Source: the human T2T-CHM13v2.0 reference genome, Homo sapiens
NCBI RefSeq assembly: GCF_009914755.1
Contig: NC_060927.1
DNA: 64,000 nucleotides
Direction: 5' to 3' (one strand)
In this document: piece by piece, positions 27,253 to 42,219 of the stretch
Layout: every line of letters starts with the position of its first letter
Position numbering within the stretch: the stretch's first letter is position 1
Made by a program: the position numbers and the translations under genes
Notes under the pieces: model-generated
What the model saw: the letters and a program-made list of their open reading frames with translations, nothing else
What the model was told of the DNA's origin: nothing
Database searches by the model: none

Positions 27253-30200
27253 CTATCTCATTTCTTAGGTCTATTAGTAATTGTTTTATAAATTTAGGAG
27301 TTCCAGTGTTAGGTGCATATATGTTTAGGACTGTGATGTTTTCCTGTTGGACAAGGCCTTTTACCATTATATAATGACCCTCTTTGTCTCTTTCAACTGC
27401 GGTTGCTTTAAAGTTTGTTTTGTCTGATATAAGAATAGCTACCCCGCTCACATTTCATGTCCATTTGCATGAAATGCCTTTTTCCACCCCTGTACTTTAA
27501 GTTTATGTGATTCCTTATTAGGCGAGTCTCCTGAAGGCAGTAGATAGTTGGTTCATGAGTTCTTATCCTTTCTGTGGTTCCACATCTTTTAAGTAGAGCA
27601 TTTAGGCCATTTACATTCAATGTTAGTATTGGGATGCGGGGTACCATTGCATTCATTATGCTATTTGCAGTCTGTGTACTTTGTTTTTGTTTTTTGTTTT
27701 TGCTTTTTAACTTGTATTTTTGTTTTATAGGTCTGGTGTGATTTATGCTTTAAAGAAGTTCTGTTTTGATGTGTTTCCAGGATTTCTTTCAAGATTTAGA
27801 GCTCCTTTTAGCGTTCTTGTAGTCGTGGCTTGGTAGTGGCAAATTCTCTCAGCATTTGTTTGTCTGAAAAAGAATGTATCTTTCCTTCATAAATGATGCT
27901 TAGTTTCACTGGATACAAAATTCTTGGCTGATAATTGTTTTGTTTGAGGATGCTGAAGATAGGGCCCCAATCCCTTCTAGCTTATAGGGTTTCTGCTGAG
28001 AAATCTGCTGTTAATTTGATAGATTTTCCTTTATAGGTTACCCAGTGCTTCTGTCTCACAGCTCTTAAGATCCTTTCCTTCATCTTAACTTTGGATAACC
28101 TGATGACAATGAGCCTAGGTGATGATCTTTTTATGATGAATTTTCCAGGTGTTCTTTGTGTTTCTTATATTTGGATGTCTAGATCTCTAGCAAGTCTGGG
28201 GAAGTTTTCCTCTATTATTCCCCCAAATATGTTTTCCAAACTTTTAGAATTCTCTTCTCCTTCAGGAACATGGATTATTCTTTGGTTTGGTCATTTAACA
28301 TATTCCCAGATTTCTTTTAGGCTTTGTTCATATTTTCTTATTCTTTTTTCTTTGTTTCTGTTGGATTGGGTTAAATCGATGACCTTGTCTTTGAGCTCTG
28401 AATTTCTTTCTTCTACTTGTTCAGTTATATTTCTGAGACTTTCTGGAGCATTTTGCGTTTCTTTGTGTCCAATATTTCATGCATTTTTAATTGTTTTCTC
28501 TTTAAGCTTATTTCCCTGAATATTTTTCCCTTCACCTCTTGTATCATTTTTTTGGATTCTTGCATTGGGCTTTGACTTTTCCTGGTGCCTCCCTGATTAG
28601 TTTAATAACTAATCTCCTGAATTCTTTTCCAGGTAAATCAGGGATTTCTTCTTGGTTTGGATCCATTGCTGGTGAGCTAGTGTGATTTTTGGGGGGTTTT
28701 AAAGAGCCTTGTTTTGTCATATTACCAGGGTTGGTTTACTGGTTCCTTCTCATTTGGGTAGGCTCTGTCAGAGGGAAGGTTTGGGACTTAAGGCTGTTGT
28801 TCAAATTCTTTTGTCCCGTGGGGTGTTCCCTTGATGTAGTACTCTCCCCTTTTTCTTATGGATGTGGCTTCCTGTGAGCTGAACTGCAGTGATTGTTGTC
28901 TTTCTTCTGGTTCTAGCCATGCAGTGAGTCTGCCCGGTTCTGAGCTGGTACTGGGGGCTCTCTGCAGAGTCCGATGTGAACTGTTTATGATCTCTCAGCC
29001 ATGGATACCAGTGCCTGTTCCAGTGGAGGTGCACAGGGGTGCAATGGACTCCATGAGGGCTCTTAACTTTGGTGGTTTAATGCTCTATTTTTGTGCTGGT
29101 TGGCTTCCTACTGGGAGATGGTGCTTTCCAGAGAGAATCATCTGTGGTAGTATGGAGAGGAACTGGTGGTGGTTGAGTCCCTAGAACTCCCAAGATTATG
29201 TGTCCTTTGTCTTCAGCTACCAGGGTGGGTAGGGAAGGACCATCAGGTGGGGGAAAGGCTAGGCGTGTCTGAGCTCAGACTTTCCTTGGGTGGGTCTTGA
29301 TGTAACAGCTGTGAAGATGGGGGTGAGGTGCCCAGGTCAACAGAGTTGTGTACCTAGGAGAATTATGGCTGCCTTTGCTGAGTCATGCAGGTTGTCAGGG
29401 AATTAGGGGAAAGCTGGCAGTCACAGGCCTCACGCAGCTCCCATGCAAACCAAAGGGCTGGTCTCACACCCACCTTGTCCCTCCTAATAGCCCTGCATCT
29501 GTTTCCAGGTGGTAGACAAGCTGGGCTTGAGAACTTGCCCCCGGCTACCTGCCTCCCAGCTGTGAAAGAAAGGGGCTTGGTTCTTCTCCCTCTGTGGAGC
29601 CTGCACACCGTATTTACACCCTGCCCTGATTTCTGGCCAGGAGTTCTGGTCCATTCAATTGTTACAAAATTCAGCTGGAGATTTCCCTCTCCCTGTGGTG
29701 TTCCCCGCCACCCCCTGCTCCTCTGGCTGCCCTCCCAGTGGATCCCTGTGGTGCCAGGCAGGAATGGCATGCTTAGGGACACAGCAAGCTCTCAGGGCCT
29801 TGCTCTTCCTTCCTGTACCCCTGTATTTCACTTGGCTGTCTAAATTGACTTGGCTTCAGGTAAGATCGGAAATTTCTCTTGCAGACTGACCTTCAGTTTT
29901 TCCAGTGTAGGTGTGTGTTCTGGGAAGGAGGCTCTTCCTTTCCCATTTCTGCTGTTGGGGCATTTACAGTATTTGGGGTGTCTCCCGGGTCCTTCAAGAT
30001 CAGTCTGCTTCCCATAGAGGGCCTATGGGTCCTCTTGGGATTTCTGGTTTATTTTTGCAGTCAGTGTGAAGCTAAAATTCACAATGCAAGCCCCCGCATG
30101 CTGCTCTGTTCCTCTGTCTGAGCTGCAATCTAGTCCTGCCTCCTGTCCACCATGATAAACTTAAGCCTCTAAAGCACTTTAAAAAGAGGCTTTACATAGC

Positions 30201-31281
30201 AATAGGCCCCTTTTCTGCCCTTTCACCTTCCACCATGAGGACATGTTTGCTCCTTCTGCCATGTGAGGATGCAGCAAGAAGGCCATCACCAGACACCACA
30301 TGCTGGTACCTTGATTTTAGACTTCTCAGCCTCCAGAATTTAAGAGATAAATTTCTATTACTTATAAATTACCCAGAATTTGGTATTTTGTTACAACAGT
30401 ACAGACTAAGACACACACATGCTCAATTTAACTGTATACAGACATTTAGATACACACATACAAGTGTATGTATATGTATATTCGTGTGTTCATATATGTA
30501 CGTATATATACACACACATATATATTGGTGTATATTTTTGTGTCTACCTGTGTGTGCATACATTGGTTACTATTCTATGAAAATGATATTAAATTATACA
30601 TAATTTTCTGCATCTTGATTTTTTTAGTTAAAAAGTGTTATTTCTTAAAACTGCCTTATATTGATCCTATGGAATAACTAGAAAAATGTCTAATACCTGT
30701 TTCAAATGGCAGTATTTATTGTCCATGAAAATGTAGGATGTCATTTCATTTATACCAATATGGGAGATTAGATTGTTTTATAAATTTCTTTTGGTACAGA
30801 ATGCCAAAATATGCTAGATAAAATGTTATATAATGGTATTTTTTCATGCGTAGATAAGCTGACAATAAAATAAAGTGACTACTCAGAGACCAGAAATGAC
30901 AAGAAAACAGAGTAAATGAGCACTGAGGAAGTGTCATCTGTTTATGAATGATCTCAAGCCTGGGTTTTAATGGGCCACAATCACAGAAAATAGGAACAAA
31001 GACAGATTCCTACAGAAAAATATGTCGTTATGAAGATGATGTACTCAGAGAGTAAACTAGAAAATGTCTTGTTGCCCAACAGTTTATGAATATATATTTG
31101 TGCCTATCTTGGCAATGTCTTCTCTGCTAATTCCTAAAGAAAAATCAGGAAGCATGTACATTTCTGGATATGCATATTAGTTGTGAAAACCCAAGCAGAA
31201 ATTTAGTTTTAAGTAGTTACAGACTAAAACTCATGAATACCTAACAGAAGCAAACACAAATTGTTTCTAAGAGGATGCACT

Positions 31282-31621
<340 letters not shown>

Positions 31622-33123
31622 CTAAAGAACCTGCAGATAGACTTCCAACAAATATGAGTTCACAAATAAATAGGTAAGTAATAGACAAGGAAATAAGCCA
31701 TTCTGAAAATCAGCAGAAACAATTGGATCAGTCCCACAAAAAGTGTAGCTGATAGAATGTTAAATATAGACTATAAAGTAATCATGTTTAATATTTTTAA
31801 AAATGTAAAAGATGATATCTAAAAAGTAAATCTTACACTATGAAAAATGACCAGAGATGTTTGATGAAAAGAAGGAAGGAAAGAAGGAAGGAAGGAAGGG
31901 ATGAAGGAAAATAAATCTAAATATAATAAAACACAAAACTCAGTGAATATCTATCACATTTAACACAGTTAGATAAACAATTTTTTAACCAGCAAATGGA
32001 TCTGAATTACCCAGGATAGATTTTAGTGATAAAAAATGTAAAATTTGAAAAGGAGGTTGAGACCTAGAGTACAGAATAATAACAATTTCCAAGATAAGTC
32101 AATTGGAGTTCCAGAAGGAAGAAATGATAGTAAAACCATACTGAAAGAGAAATTGTCAAGAAGACCAAAATTAGATAAAGGGATATAAATTCTTAAATTC
32201 CCAAAGTCTCAAATATTAAACAGGACAAATAAAAATAAATCCACACCTAGGCAAATCAGAAGGAACATGCCGAAACCTAATGACCAGAAAAAAAAAGTTT
32301 TAAAGGATCTCGTTAACAGAGACAGATGACTTTAAAAAAGCTAAAAACAACAGACAATTTGCTTTTTACAAGCAAAACTGAAAGGTGAAAAACAGTGGAA
32401 TAATGTCATGGTGATGAGAGAAAATAACTGTCAACTTCAAATTCCACATCTAGTGAAAGCCTCCATTAAGAAGCAGTGCAAAATAACATTTTCAGATAAA
32501 CCATACTAAAAAATACTACCAATAGAACCTTGCTGAAGCAACTTTTAAAGAATACATTTCAGTAGGAAGGGAATAATTCATAGGAAAAAGGCGAGATACA
32601 TAAAAGAATGAAAAGTAAAATAAGAAAAGTCCGAGTAAATATCAGCAAACATTGACTACATAAAACAATTTCAAAAAGTGTTTATTTCAGAGGTTTAAAT
32701 ATTCGAGATTGCACTAAATTTTTAGAAATTAATTAAAACAATAATAAAATATATAAAAACTTGTGATGTAACTAAAGCAGTACTTGGATTAAAATTACTG
32801 TTTTAATGCTTATATTAACAAAGAAAAATACTGCAGTAAATAAATTAACCACTCATCTTTATAGAAAAAAAAAAGGAACAATACCAGCATAATCTTAAAG
32901 AGCAGAAGTTAATGAGAAATAGAAGGCAATCTAGAGAGTAAATGCAAAAACAAAAGTTGTACTTTGAAATGTTTGATACAGTTAACAAGCTTTGTAGGAT
33001 ATAATCAAGAAAGAAAGAAAAAAAGGAGGAAGAAATAAACAATATCCAGAATAAAGAGAAAGTTGTATATACAAATGCATCGATAATTAAGTGATCACTA
33101 TAAGATAAGATATTATATCATTA

Positions 33124-36100
33124 TATTCTAGGACTATGGTTAACAGGCCTCTCACATTCTACATATATTGCGAGTAACAGACATTTTTTGTTTCTGCCTA
33201 TCTTTATTTTTTAGAACAGTTTTAGCTTTACAGCAAAATTGAATGGATGGTTCAGAGGCTCCCTGCGTGCTTTCCCTCCCTCTTCATCATTTATTATTAA
33301 CATCTTTCATTAGAGTGATACATTTCTTACAATTAACAAACCAATATTAATCCATTATTATTAACTAAAGTCCACAGTTTACATGGTTTCATTCTTTGTG
33401 ATGTACAGTTCTATGGATTCTGAAAAATGCGTGTCATGGAATATACAGAATAGTTTCACTGCCCTATTATCTGTACTTCATCAATTCATCCCCAGCCTTC
33501 CATCAAATTCCTGAAAATCACTGACTTTTTTGCTATTTCTATAGTTTTACCTTTTCCAGAATTTCATATAGTTGTATTCACACAGATTGGTGCCTTTCAC
33601 TTAGCAATACGCATTTAAAGTTTCTACAGGTCTTTTCATGCCTTGATAGCTCATTTCATTTGGTGGCTGAATAATCTTCTATTGTGTGGATGTACCACAG
33701 TTTGTGTATCCATTCATGTATTGAAAAGTTATCTTGTTTGCTTTCAGTTGGGGGCATTTACAGATAAAGTTGCTATAAATATTCATAAGCACGTTTTTGT
33801 GTGGATATAAATTTTCCACTAATTGGGTAAATATCTAGGAGCACACACAATTACTATATTATATGTTAAGAACGTATTTAGCTTTGTAACCAATTGACAA
33901 ACTGTCTTTCAAGTGGCTATACCATTTTATATTTTCACCATCACTGAATGAGAATTTCTGTTGTTCCCATTCTTGCCAGCATTTGGTATTATCACTAGTT
34001 TTTATTTTAGCTTTTGTGATAGATGAGTACTGATATTTCTTTGTGGTATCAATTTGCATTTTCTTAATGGTAAAGAGATTGAACATCTTTTTAAGTGGTT
34101 ATTCGCCATTTGTATACCCTTATCAGTGAATTGTCTGTTCATGTCTTCTGCCCATTTTCTAATCAGATTGTTAGTTTTTTTAACCCTGACTTTTGAGAAT
34201 TCTTTATGCATTGTAGATATTAGTCCTGTGTCAAATATTATTTTCTGCTATGTTATCTTGTACTAGTTTTACAGTTTTGCATTTTACATTTAAGTCTATA
34301 ATCCATTTTGAGTTAATTTTTGTCAAAGCAGGAAAATCTGTGTTTAGATTTGTTTTGTTTTGTTTTTTGCCTATAGATGTCCAATTATTTCAGCACCATT
34401 TGTTGAAAAGACTACCTATTCTCCATCTAATTGCCTTTGTTCCGCTGTCAAAGATCAGTTGATATTTGTGTGGGTCTAATTCTGGGCTCTCTATTCTGCT
34501 CCATTGACATATTTGTCTATTATTTTGTCATTATCACAGTGTCTTGATTACTACAGCTTTACATTAATCTTGAAGTTAGGTAGTGTCAGTCCTCTGACTT
34601 TGTTGTTCTTCTGTATTGTGCTGGCTATGCTGGATCTGTTGCCTTTTCATGTGAGCTTTGGAATCACTCTGTCAATATCAACAAAATCATTTTCTGGGAT
34701 TTTGAATGAGATTGAGTTGAATCAGTAAGAGAAGTTGGGGAGAACTGGGATACTAACACTACTGAGTCTTCCTATCTGTAAACATGAAATGTATCTCCAC
34801 ACACTTAGATCTTGAATTTATTTCATCTGAGTTTTGTACTTTTTCCTCATATAGATTCTGTACATATTTTGCTTGATTCATGCCTAAGTATTTCATTTTA
34901 GGAGTGTTAATGCAAATGTTCTTGTGTTTTTAAATTTCAAATTTTAATTGTTCTTCTATTGTACACAGGAAAGCAATTGATTTTGTATGTTAATCTTGTA
35001 TCCTGAAATCTTGCTATAATTGCTTATTGGTTCCAGGAGGGTTTTTTTTTATTTTGTCTGGATTTTCTACATAGACAATCATATCATTTGTGGAAAAAAG
35101 ACAATTTTATTTATTCCTTCCCAAACTGAACACATTTCTTATTGTAGTAACTAGGACACCTATTAATTTTGAATAAAAGTGCTGACAGGGAAAAAACTTT
35201 CTGTTCCTGATTATAAGGGGAATGCATCTGATTTCCCACCATTGAGTATGAGCTTAGCCATAGATGTTCTTTATCAAGTTAAAGAATTTCCTTTATATTT
35301 CTAATTTGTTGGTAGTTTTTAATATCATGAATCAATGTTGGATTGTCTCAAAGGCTTTTTCTGCTTCTATTGATGTGAGCGTATGATTTTTTCTTCCTTC
35401 ACCTGCTGAGGTAGATTACACTAGGTGATTTTTAAAATGTTGAACCAGCCTTGCATGTCTGAAATAAATACTACTTTGTCATGGATACAATTATTTTTAT
35501 AAATTATTGGATTCAATTTATAAGTATTTTGTTGACCAGTTTTGCAATTATGCTCATGAGAGATGTATGACTGTCGTTTTCCTTTCTTGGAATGTTTGTC
35601 TAGTTTTGGTATCAGAGTAATGCTGGTCTCATAAAATTAGAAAGTGTTCAATTTTCTCCTATATTCTGAAAGATTGTAGAGAATTGTATATTTCTTTCTT
35701 AAATGTTCGGTAATATTCACCAATGTAATTATCTGGGCCTAGTGCTTTCTTTTTTGAAAGGTTACTAATTATTACATTTTTGAAAACCAGATATAGGCCT
35801 ATTGAAATTTTGCATTTCTCCTTGCATGGGTTTGATAGTTTGTATCTTTCAAGGAATTGGCCCATTTTCTATCATTTATCAAATTTGTGGGAATACAGTT
35901 GTTCATATTTGTCATTTTAATGTCCATGAGATTGGTATTGATGACCACTCTTTTGTTTTTGACATCTGTGATTTATAATTTGTGTCTTCCTTCCTTTTTT
36001 CTTGGCTAGCCTGTCTGTAGGTTTATCATTTTCATTCAACTTTTCAAACCACTAGCTTTTGGTTTCATTGATTTTCTCTGTTCATTTCCTATTTGAAATT

Positions 36101-38844
36101 TCATTGATTTCTGCACTGATTTTTATTACTTCTTTTCTTCTGCAGGACTATATTGCTCTCTTTTTCTCTAGTTTCTTAAGGTGGAAGCTTAGATTATCAG
36201 TTTAGATCTTTATTCTTTTCTAAAATACACATTCAATGCTATAAATTATTGTGTAAACACTGCTTTCCCACAAATCTTGAAAAGTAGTATTTCATTTAGT
36301 TCAAAATATTTTTAATTACACTAGAGACCCCCCTTTTTTTCCTATTTGTTATTTTAAAGTGTATTTAATCTCCAAATATTTTAGGATTTTTCTAGCTATC
36401 TTTCTGTTATTGGTTTCTATTTCAATTCTACTGGGTTCTGAGTGTCTTTTCTTTTAAATTTGTTAAAATATGTTTTATGAAACAGCATCTGGTCTATCTT
36501 GGCGAATGTTCCGTGTTAACTTGAGCAGAATGTGCACTCTGCTGTTGTTGGATGAATTATTCTTTAGATGTCAATTAGATCCAATTTACTAATGATGCTG
36601 TCCTTACCTGTGTTTTTCCTGCTGGATCTGTCAATTACTGATAGAGGGGTGTTGATGTCTTTAACTATAATAGTGAGTTTGTCTATTTCTTCTTGAAGCT
36701 CTATTATTTTTTTGCCACACATACTTTGATGCTTTGTTGTTACGCATGCGTGTATTAAGGATTATTTTGTCTTTAGGGAATTGACCTCCTAGTCATTATG
36801 TAATGCTACTCTTTATCCCTGATAGTTTCATTACTCTGAAGTCTGCTTTCTATAAAATTAATAGAGCTACTCCAGCTTTCTTTCGATTATTGCTAGTATA
36901 TCTTTTTTCATCTCTTTATTTTGGTCCCTGTGTGTCTTTATATTCAAAATGGGTCTTATTTAGAAAACATATAGTGGGGTTTTGCTGTTTGCGAGGGCAG
37001 TCTGTCTTTTAATTAGAGTATTTGAATCATTCACATTTAAAGTGTTATTTGTATAGTTGGATTAATACCATGTTTGTAACTATTTTCTATTTGTTGTACT
37101 TGTTCTTCATTTCTTTTCTTTTTTAAAACTTCCCTTCTACTTAGGCCTTCTCTGGTTTTAATAGAGTATTTTTTGTGATTTCCTTTTCTTCATTAGCATA
37201 TCAATATACTTTTTTCTAAAAAATGTTATTGTTTTCCCTAAAGTCTGCATTATACACTTGTAACTAATCTAAGACCACTTTAAAATAAAACTATACTACT
37301 CACATGTAATGCAAGTATCTCCTAACAGAGTATTCTTAATTCTTCCTTCTTGTTTTGTAACATTGTTTCATTTATTTCACTTTTACATATCTTATAATTA
37401 CCCAATAAATTTTTACTAGTATTACTTTGAAATAAATGATTAGATCAATTTAAATAAAAAGAAAATATTTTGTTTTTTCTCTTCATTTGTTTCTGCCCCA
37501 TTGTTCTCCCTGTCTTTATGCAGATCTCAGTTTGTAACCTATATCATTTTCCTTCTCTCTAACTTCTTTTAACATTTCTTGTAAGGCAGATCACCTTGTA
37601 AGAAATTCCCCAACCTTCAGTTTTTATTTGTGGTTAAAAAAGAAGTCTTTGTTTTTCTTTCCTTTGGAAGATGATTTTGCTGAATAAAAACTTCTAAGTT
37701 GGTAGGATTTTTTTCTCTCAACTCTAAAACTTTCACTCCAGTCTCATTCTGGTTGCATTGTTTCTGACATATCTTGTGAACTTTGAAAGACTTTCCTTGC
37801 CTTTTAAATTTTCTTCCTTCATGTAAGACAGGGAGGCTACAGGGGGCTAGAGTTTTCTAACTGTCCTTCTCCCAGGCCTGATAAGGCTCTAGTAAAGTGA
37901 TTTTTTCATAGAGGATAGGTTTTTATTATGGAAAATGCTCTGTAAGTATTTTAAACCAATTACTTTTCCCCTGGGAGTATTTCAAATGGTTACTTTTCCT
38001 TCTGCTCAAAACATAAGGAAATTTTTCTCCAATCTGTACAGTGAGAATGTGTTTCTGGAGGTGAAACATATGAAAATATGATTATCCCTTAATACTGGGC
38101 CCCCAGAATTTCCTAACTCTCAAGCTAACCTCTGATTGGCCTCCATCAATTCATCACAGTGCAATTTAATTGTTCCTACTGCTTACTGATTCTAGTGACT
38201 TCTCTCCCAATAAGCTGTGAGATACTATGCTCATCTGCCTTTCTGTATTTCAGTGTGATGGTTTGCCTGATAGCCTCAATTTTCTGATAGGTCCAAGAAA
38301 AGTCATTGACTTTTAGCCTGATCAGCTTTTTTCTTGTGAGAATGATTGTCATGACTTTGAAGTCCTCTACATGTTACAGCTGTAACCAGAAGTACATACA
38401 ATCTTTCAAGGATGTATGATGATTCATAGCAAACAAACTAATTTAGAGAGAGAAAGCTTTTCTCTTCAAGGCAAAATATGGCTTTGCTTACAGCTTTGGA
38501 AGATGGAGATAATGTCTCTCACTCATACAAAGGTCAGGCATTCTTTGCTCATTACAAAAGATTTGGGTTTTTAAATTCAGAATTTGTTTTTTATATTGTA
38601 ACCCACTTCTTGAATAGGTGTCACCTGGCCCTTATGTTTGCCCTGTGAGAATTGGGGTTTGGGAAGCCAGCACCAAAATGCTGATATTCTGACTTTTGCT
38701 ATTGCTGTGATTAAAAAAAAAAAAATCTGTCCTTTGTCTCTGATTCAGTTCTTATGTATTCTGCTGGAATCTATGAAACTCTGGTTGGCTAACTTTTTAT
38801 CTTGGAAGTTAGGTAAACTGTCAGATCCTTCTCAATTCTTCACA
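33124..38844 (+). mobile_element. Old ERV LTR (MER73/74/77-like, subfamily uncertain) split by an L1 (33124-33205 plus 38399-38844)
   Basis: Left T(A)TTCTAGGACTATGGTTAACAGGCC...TATCTTT continues as ATCTTTCAAGGATG...CAGATCCTTCTCAATTCTTCACA. TSD CATTA/TATTA. Confidence 0.65.
33206..38398 (-). mobile_element. L1MC/L1MD-type LINE, near full span with internal deletions
   Basis: 3' end TTTTAGAACAGTTTTAG..TTACAGCAAAATTGA; ORF2-like fragments at 33859-34211 and 35659-35865; short TSD C(T/A)ATCTTT. Confidence 0.8.
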
Positions 38845-38899
38845 TATTATGCCAATACATTTGCAAGCATTATTGAAAGGGAAACATGACCAAAAACTA

Positions 38900-39686
38900 C
38901 AGTCATCCCTTGGTATCTACAGAGGTTAAGTTCCAGCAATCCCAGCACACACCAAAATCCAGATATTCAAGTCCCTCATATAAAATGGCATAGTATTTGC
39001 ATATAGTGTACACACATCCACCTGTGTGTTTGTATGTGTGTTTGTGTGTATTTTTTTACTCAGCAAATATTTATTGAGCTCCAATTATAGCTCAGGCATG
39101 TGGAATAACAACAGCAGACACATAAAAATTATATTTTGGATTATATTTTAGATAGTAGAAACCACAGTAAAATGGAAAAGATTTAGTTATTCATTCTGTC
39201 AGTGTTTATTAAGCCCTACTGTGTGCCAGGCATTTTGATGAATGTTGGGGATTTTTGATTGAATAAGCCGGCTTTTGCTCTTAAATTACTTGCAGACTAC
39301 TGAGAGATATACAAGTAGACATAGAAATCAAATGCCAAGTGGCATATAGAGGGGTCTTTTCTTTTCTTTTCTTTTTTAGAATAGGGGCCTTTTAAAATTA
39401 TTATTATATTTTAAGTTCTAGGGTACATGTTGTGCAGGTTTGTTCTTTTCAAAGTGCTGACAGTGTCTCTAATTCTGCCTGGGAGAATCAGGGAGGGCTT
39501 CACAGAGGAGTCTTCTGTATATTTTTAATCACTTCTAGGTTACTTGTAATACTTAATATGATATAAATGCTATGTAAATAGTTGTTATACTGTTTTGTTT
39601 CTTTATTTGTATTTTTTTAAATATTTGTGATTTGAGGTTGGTTGAATCCACGGGATGTATAACTTACTGATATGGAGGGCTAAGTG
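38900..39686 (+). mobile_element. MER2 (Tigger MITE) split by a ~485-bp insert (38900-39026 plus 39511-39686)
   Basis: CAGTCATCCCTTGGTATC start, CAAGTCCCTCATATAAAATGGCATAGTATTTGCATAT, TAAATGCTATGTAAATAGTTGTTATACTG; TA TSDs at both ends. Confidence 0.88.
39027..39510 (-). other. Putative orphan retrocopy containing L2 fragments and an L1PA 3' tip
   Basis: L2 3'-end motifs, minus-strand AATAAA at 39070-39075, a T-run and TG-rich tract at the left end, and a degenerate TSD; it interrupts a colinear MER2. Confidence 0.55.
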
Positions 39687-40384
39687 TATATTCTTATATA
39701 GCCAAAACTCATTCAGGGAGAAACTAAAAAAAATAGAATTAACTATTTAAAAAATTATCATGAAAGAAACATCAGGTTTGTTTTTTTTTAGGCAACTTTT
39801 ACCAAATAGTCAGTGAGGAGATAATTCCAACTTTATACAATTCTTTTTTCAGAGAATCAAGATTTCCACTCTTTTAGGATGTTACGTTAGCCTTGATAAA
39901 CAAAATCAATGTGACAAATAATTATAATAACAAAAAATTCTATATGGGGAAAACAAATTATCCAGAATCTAATTTTCAGCACAGATACAAAAGTTTTCAA
40001 TAACTGAATTCAGAAATATATAAAGAGGGTATACATCTTGACCAATTTAAATTTTATCCAGTAATAGAAGGTTAATTCTGCATTATCTATTTCTCAAAAT
40101 TCCATAATGAAAAAAGAAAAATAAGATAACCATATCAATAGATTTAAAAAAATTGAATGAAATTTAATGACCATTTATGATTAAAATATCTTTTATATAG
40201 TGAATTTAAACAAATTCTTACTAAAGTTATCCACAAAAAAGCATCATTTTCAAAGAGGAAGCATAAAGCATTCACATTAAACATCAAGATCAAGACAAAG
40301 ATGCATATTACTAACATTTTCATTCACTGTAAAATGGAAGTTCTAGGCAGCACAAATGGTTAAGAAAAAAAAAAACAAGAAAAA

Positions 40385-41880
40385 ACAAAATAAAATTCAT
40401 ATGGAACCACAAAAGCCAAATCAATCCAGAGAAAGTAGAACAGAGATGGAGGCATCATATTTCCTAATTTCAAGATATATTACAAAGCTAAAGTAAACAA
40501 GATGTTATAGTACTGACATACAGACTAATGGAACAGAATCGTGAGCCCAGGAACAAATCAATACACATACGGTCATCTGATCTTCATCAAGGGATCTAAG
40601 AATATCTAATAGGGAAATGATAGTCCCTTCAACAAATTGTGTTAGAAAAACTGGATATCCACATGCAAAAGAATGAAATTAGACACTTTATTTTACACCA
40701 GACATAAAAATCAACTCAAAATGCATCAAAGACATAAATATAAGACTGAAACTATAAACTTCATAGAAGAAAACACAAAGTCTTCATGACATTGGTCTTG
40801 GGAATGATTTCGTAATTCTGACACCAAAAGTTCAGGCAACAAAAGCAAAAATAATCAAGTGGGACTATATCACACTAAAAAGCTTATGCACAGCAAAGGT
40901 GACAATCAGCAGAGTGAAAAGGCAACCTATAAAATGGAAGAAAATATTTGCAAACCATATATCTGATTGGGGGTTAATATCCAAAATATATAAGGAAGTC
41001 CTACACAGCTCAATAGCACAAAAGCTAACAAGCCAATTGAAAAATGGGCTAAGGACTTGAACAAATATTTATCCAAATAAGACTTACAGAGTTATATGAA
41101 ATAATGCCCAACATTACTAATGTCAGGGAAATGCAAATCAAAATCACAATGAGATATCACCTCACACTTGTCAAGATGGCTATTATAAAAAAGCAACAGA
41201 AGACAAGAGTTAGAGAGGACGTAGAGAGATTGGAACCCTATTTGCTCCACTCTTGGTAAAATGTAAAATAGTGGAGCCACTATGGAAAACAGTGTGGAGT
41301 TTCCTCAAAAATTAAAAATAGAACCATATAACCCAGCAATTCCATTTTCAGGTATTTATCCAAAATAATTAAAATCAGCACCTCAAAGAAGACTTAGTAC
41401 TCTCATACTCATAACAGCACTATTTACAATAGCCAAGAAATTAAAACAATGTAAATGTCAGAAATGAATGGATTTTTTAAAAATGTGTTGTACACATATG
41501 CAATGGGATATTATTCAGCCTTGAAAAAGAAGGAAATTCTGCAATAAGTGATAACATGTATGAACCTTGAGGGCATTATGCTAAGTAGAATTAGCCAGTC
41601 ACAGAAAGACAAATACTGCGTGATTTAACTGTAGGAAGTATTTAAACAGTCAAGTTCATAAAATCAAAGAATAGAATGGTGATTTCCAGGGGCTGGAGAA
41701 AAGGGGAAAATGGGATGTTACTAATGAAAGGGCATAAAATTTTAGTCAAGCAAGACAATAATCTCTAGTGATCTGCCATACAACATTGTACCTATGGTAA
41801 ACAATACTGTCTTGTGCAGGTAAAAATTTGTTAGGAGGGTAGATCTGGTGTTAATTGTTCATACCACAATTTTTAAAAAA
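40385..41880 (+). mobile_element. 5'-truncated L1MA (L1MA8-9/L1MB1-like)
   Basis: ORF2 C-terminal sequence from AAAATTCATATGGAACC, and a 3'UTR ending GAGGGTAGATCT...TACCACAAT followed by an A-run. Confidence 0.85.
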
Positions 41881-42034
41881 TGTACTATAAAGCAAATACA
41901 AATAGTAGCCAACACTCTGGGATAAGATATGTGTGACTATGTATAAATACACAGATATGTGTGTGTATGTAAAATACACATGATATATATAATAAATATA
42001 CATGCAAAATGAATCATGTATTTAAAAACTTCTC

Positions 42035-42219
42035 AGTTGGGCATAGTCACACGTGCTTGTATTCCCCTGCCCTACTTGTAAGGCTGAGGTGGGAGGATCT
42101 TTTGAGCCCAGGAGTTCATGGCTGCAGTTAGTTCTGATCATGCAACTACTCTCAGTCTGGGTGACAGAGCAAGACTTCATCTCTAAAAATCAATCAATAA
42201 GTAAGTAAAAATAAACAAA
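42035..42219 (+). mobile_element. Alu right monomer (FRAM-like)
   Basis: GGCTGAGGTGGGAGGATC..TTGAGCCCAGGAG...GGGTGACAGAGCAAGAC with an A-rich tail. TSD TAAAAACTTCTC/TAAAAATTCTC. Confidence 0.85.

Noticed and set aside
28689-30121. ORFs of 60-152 aa on both strands
   Set aside because: They fall within the L1PB1 5'UTR and are best explained as chance ORFs.
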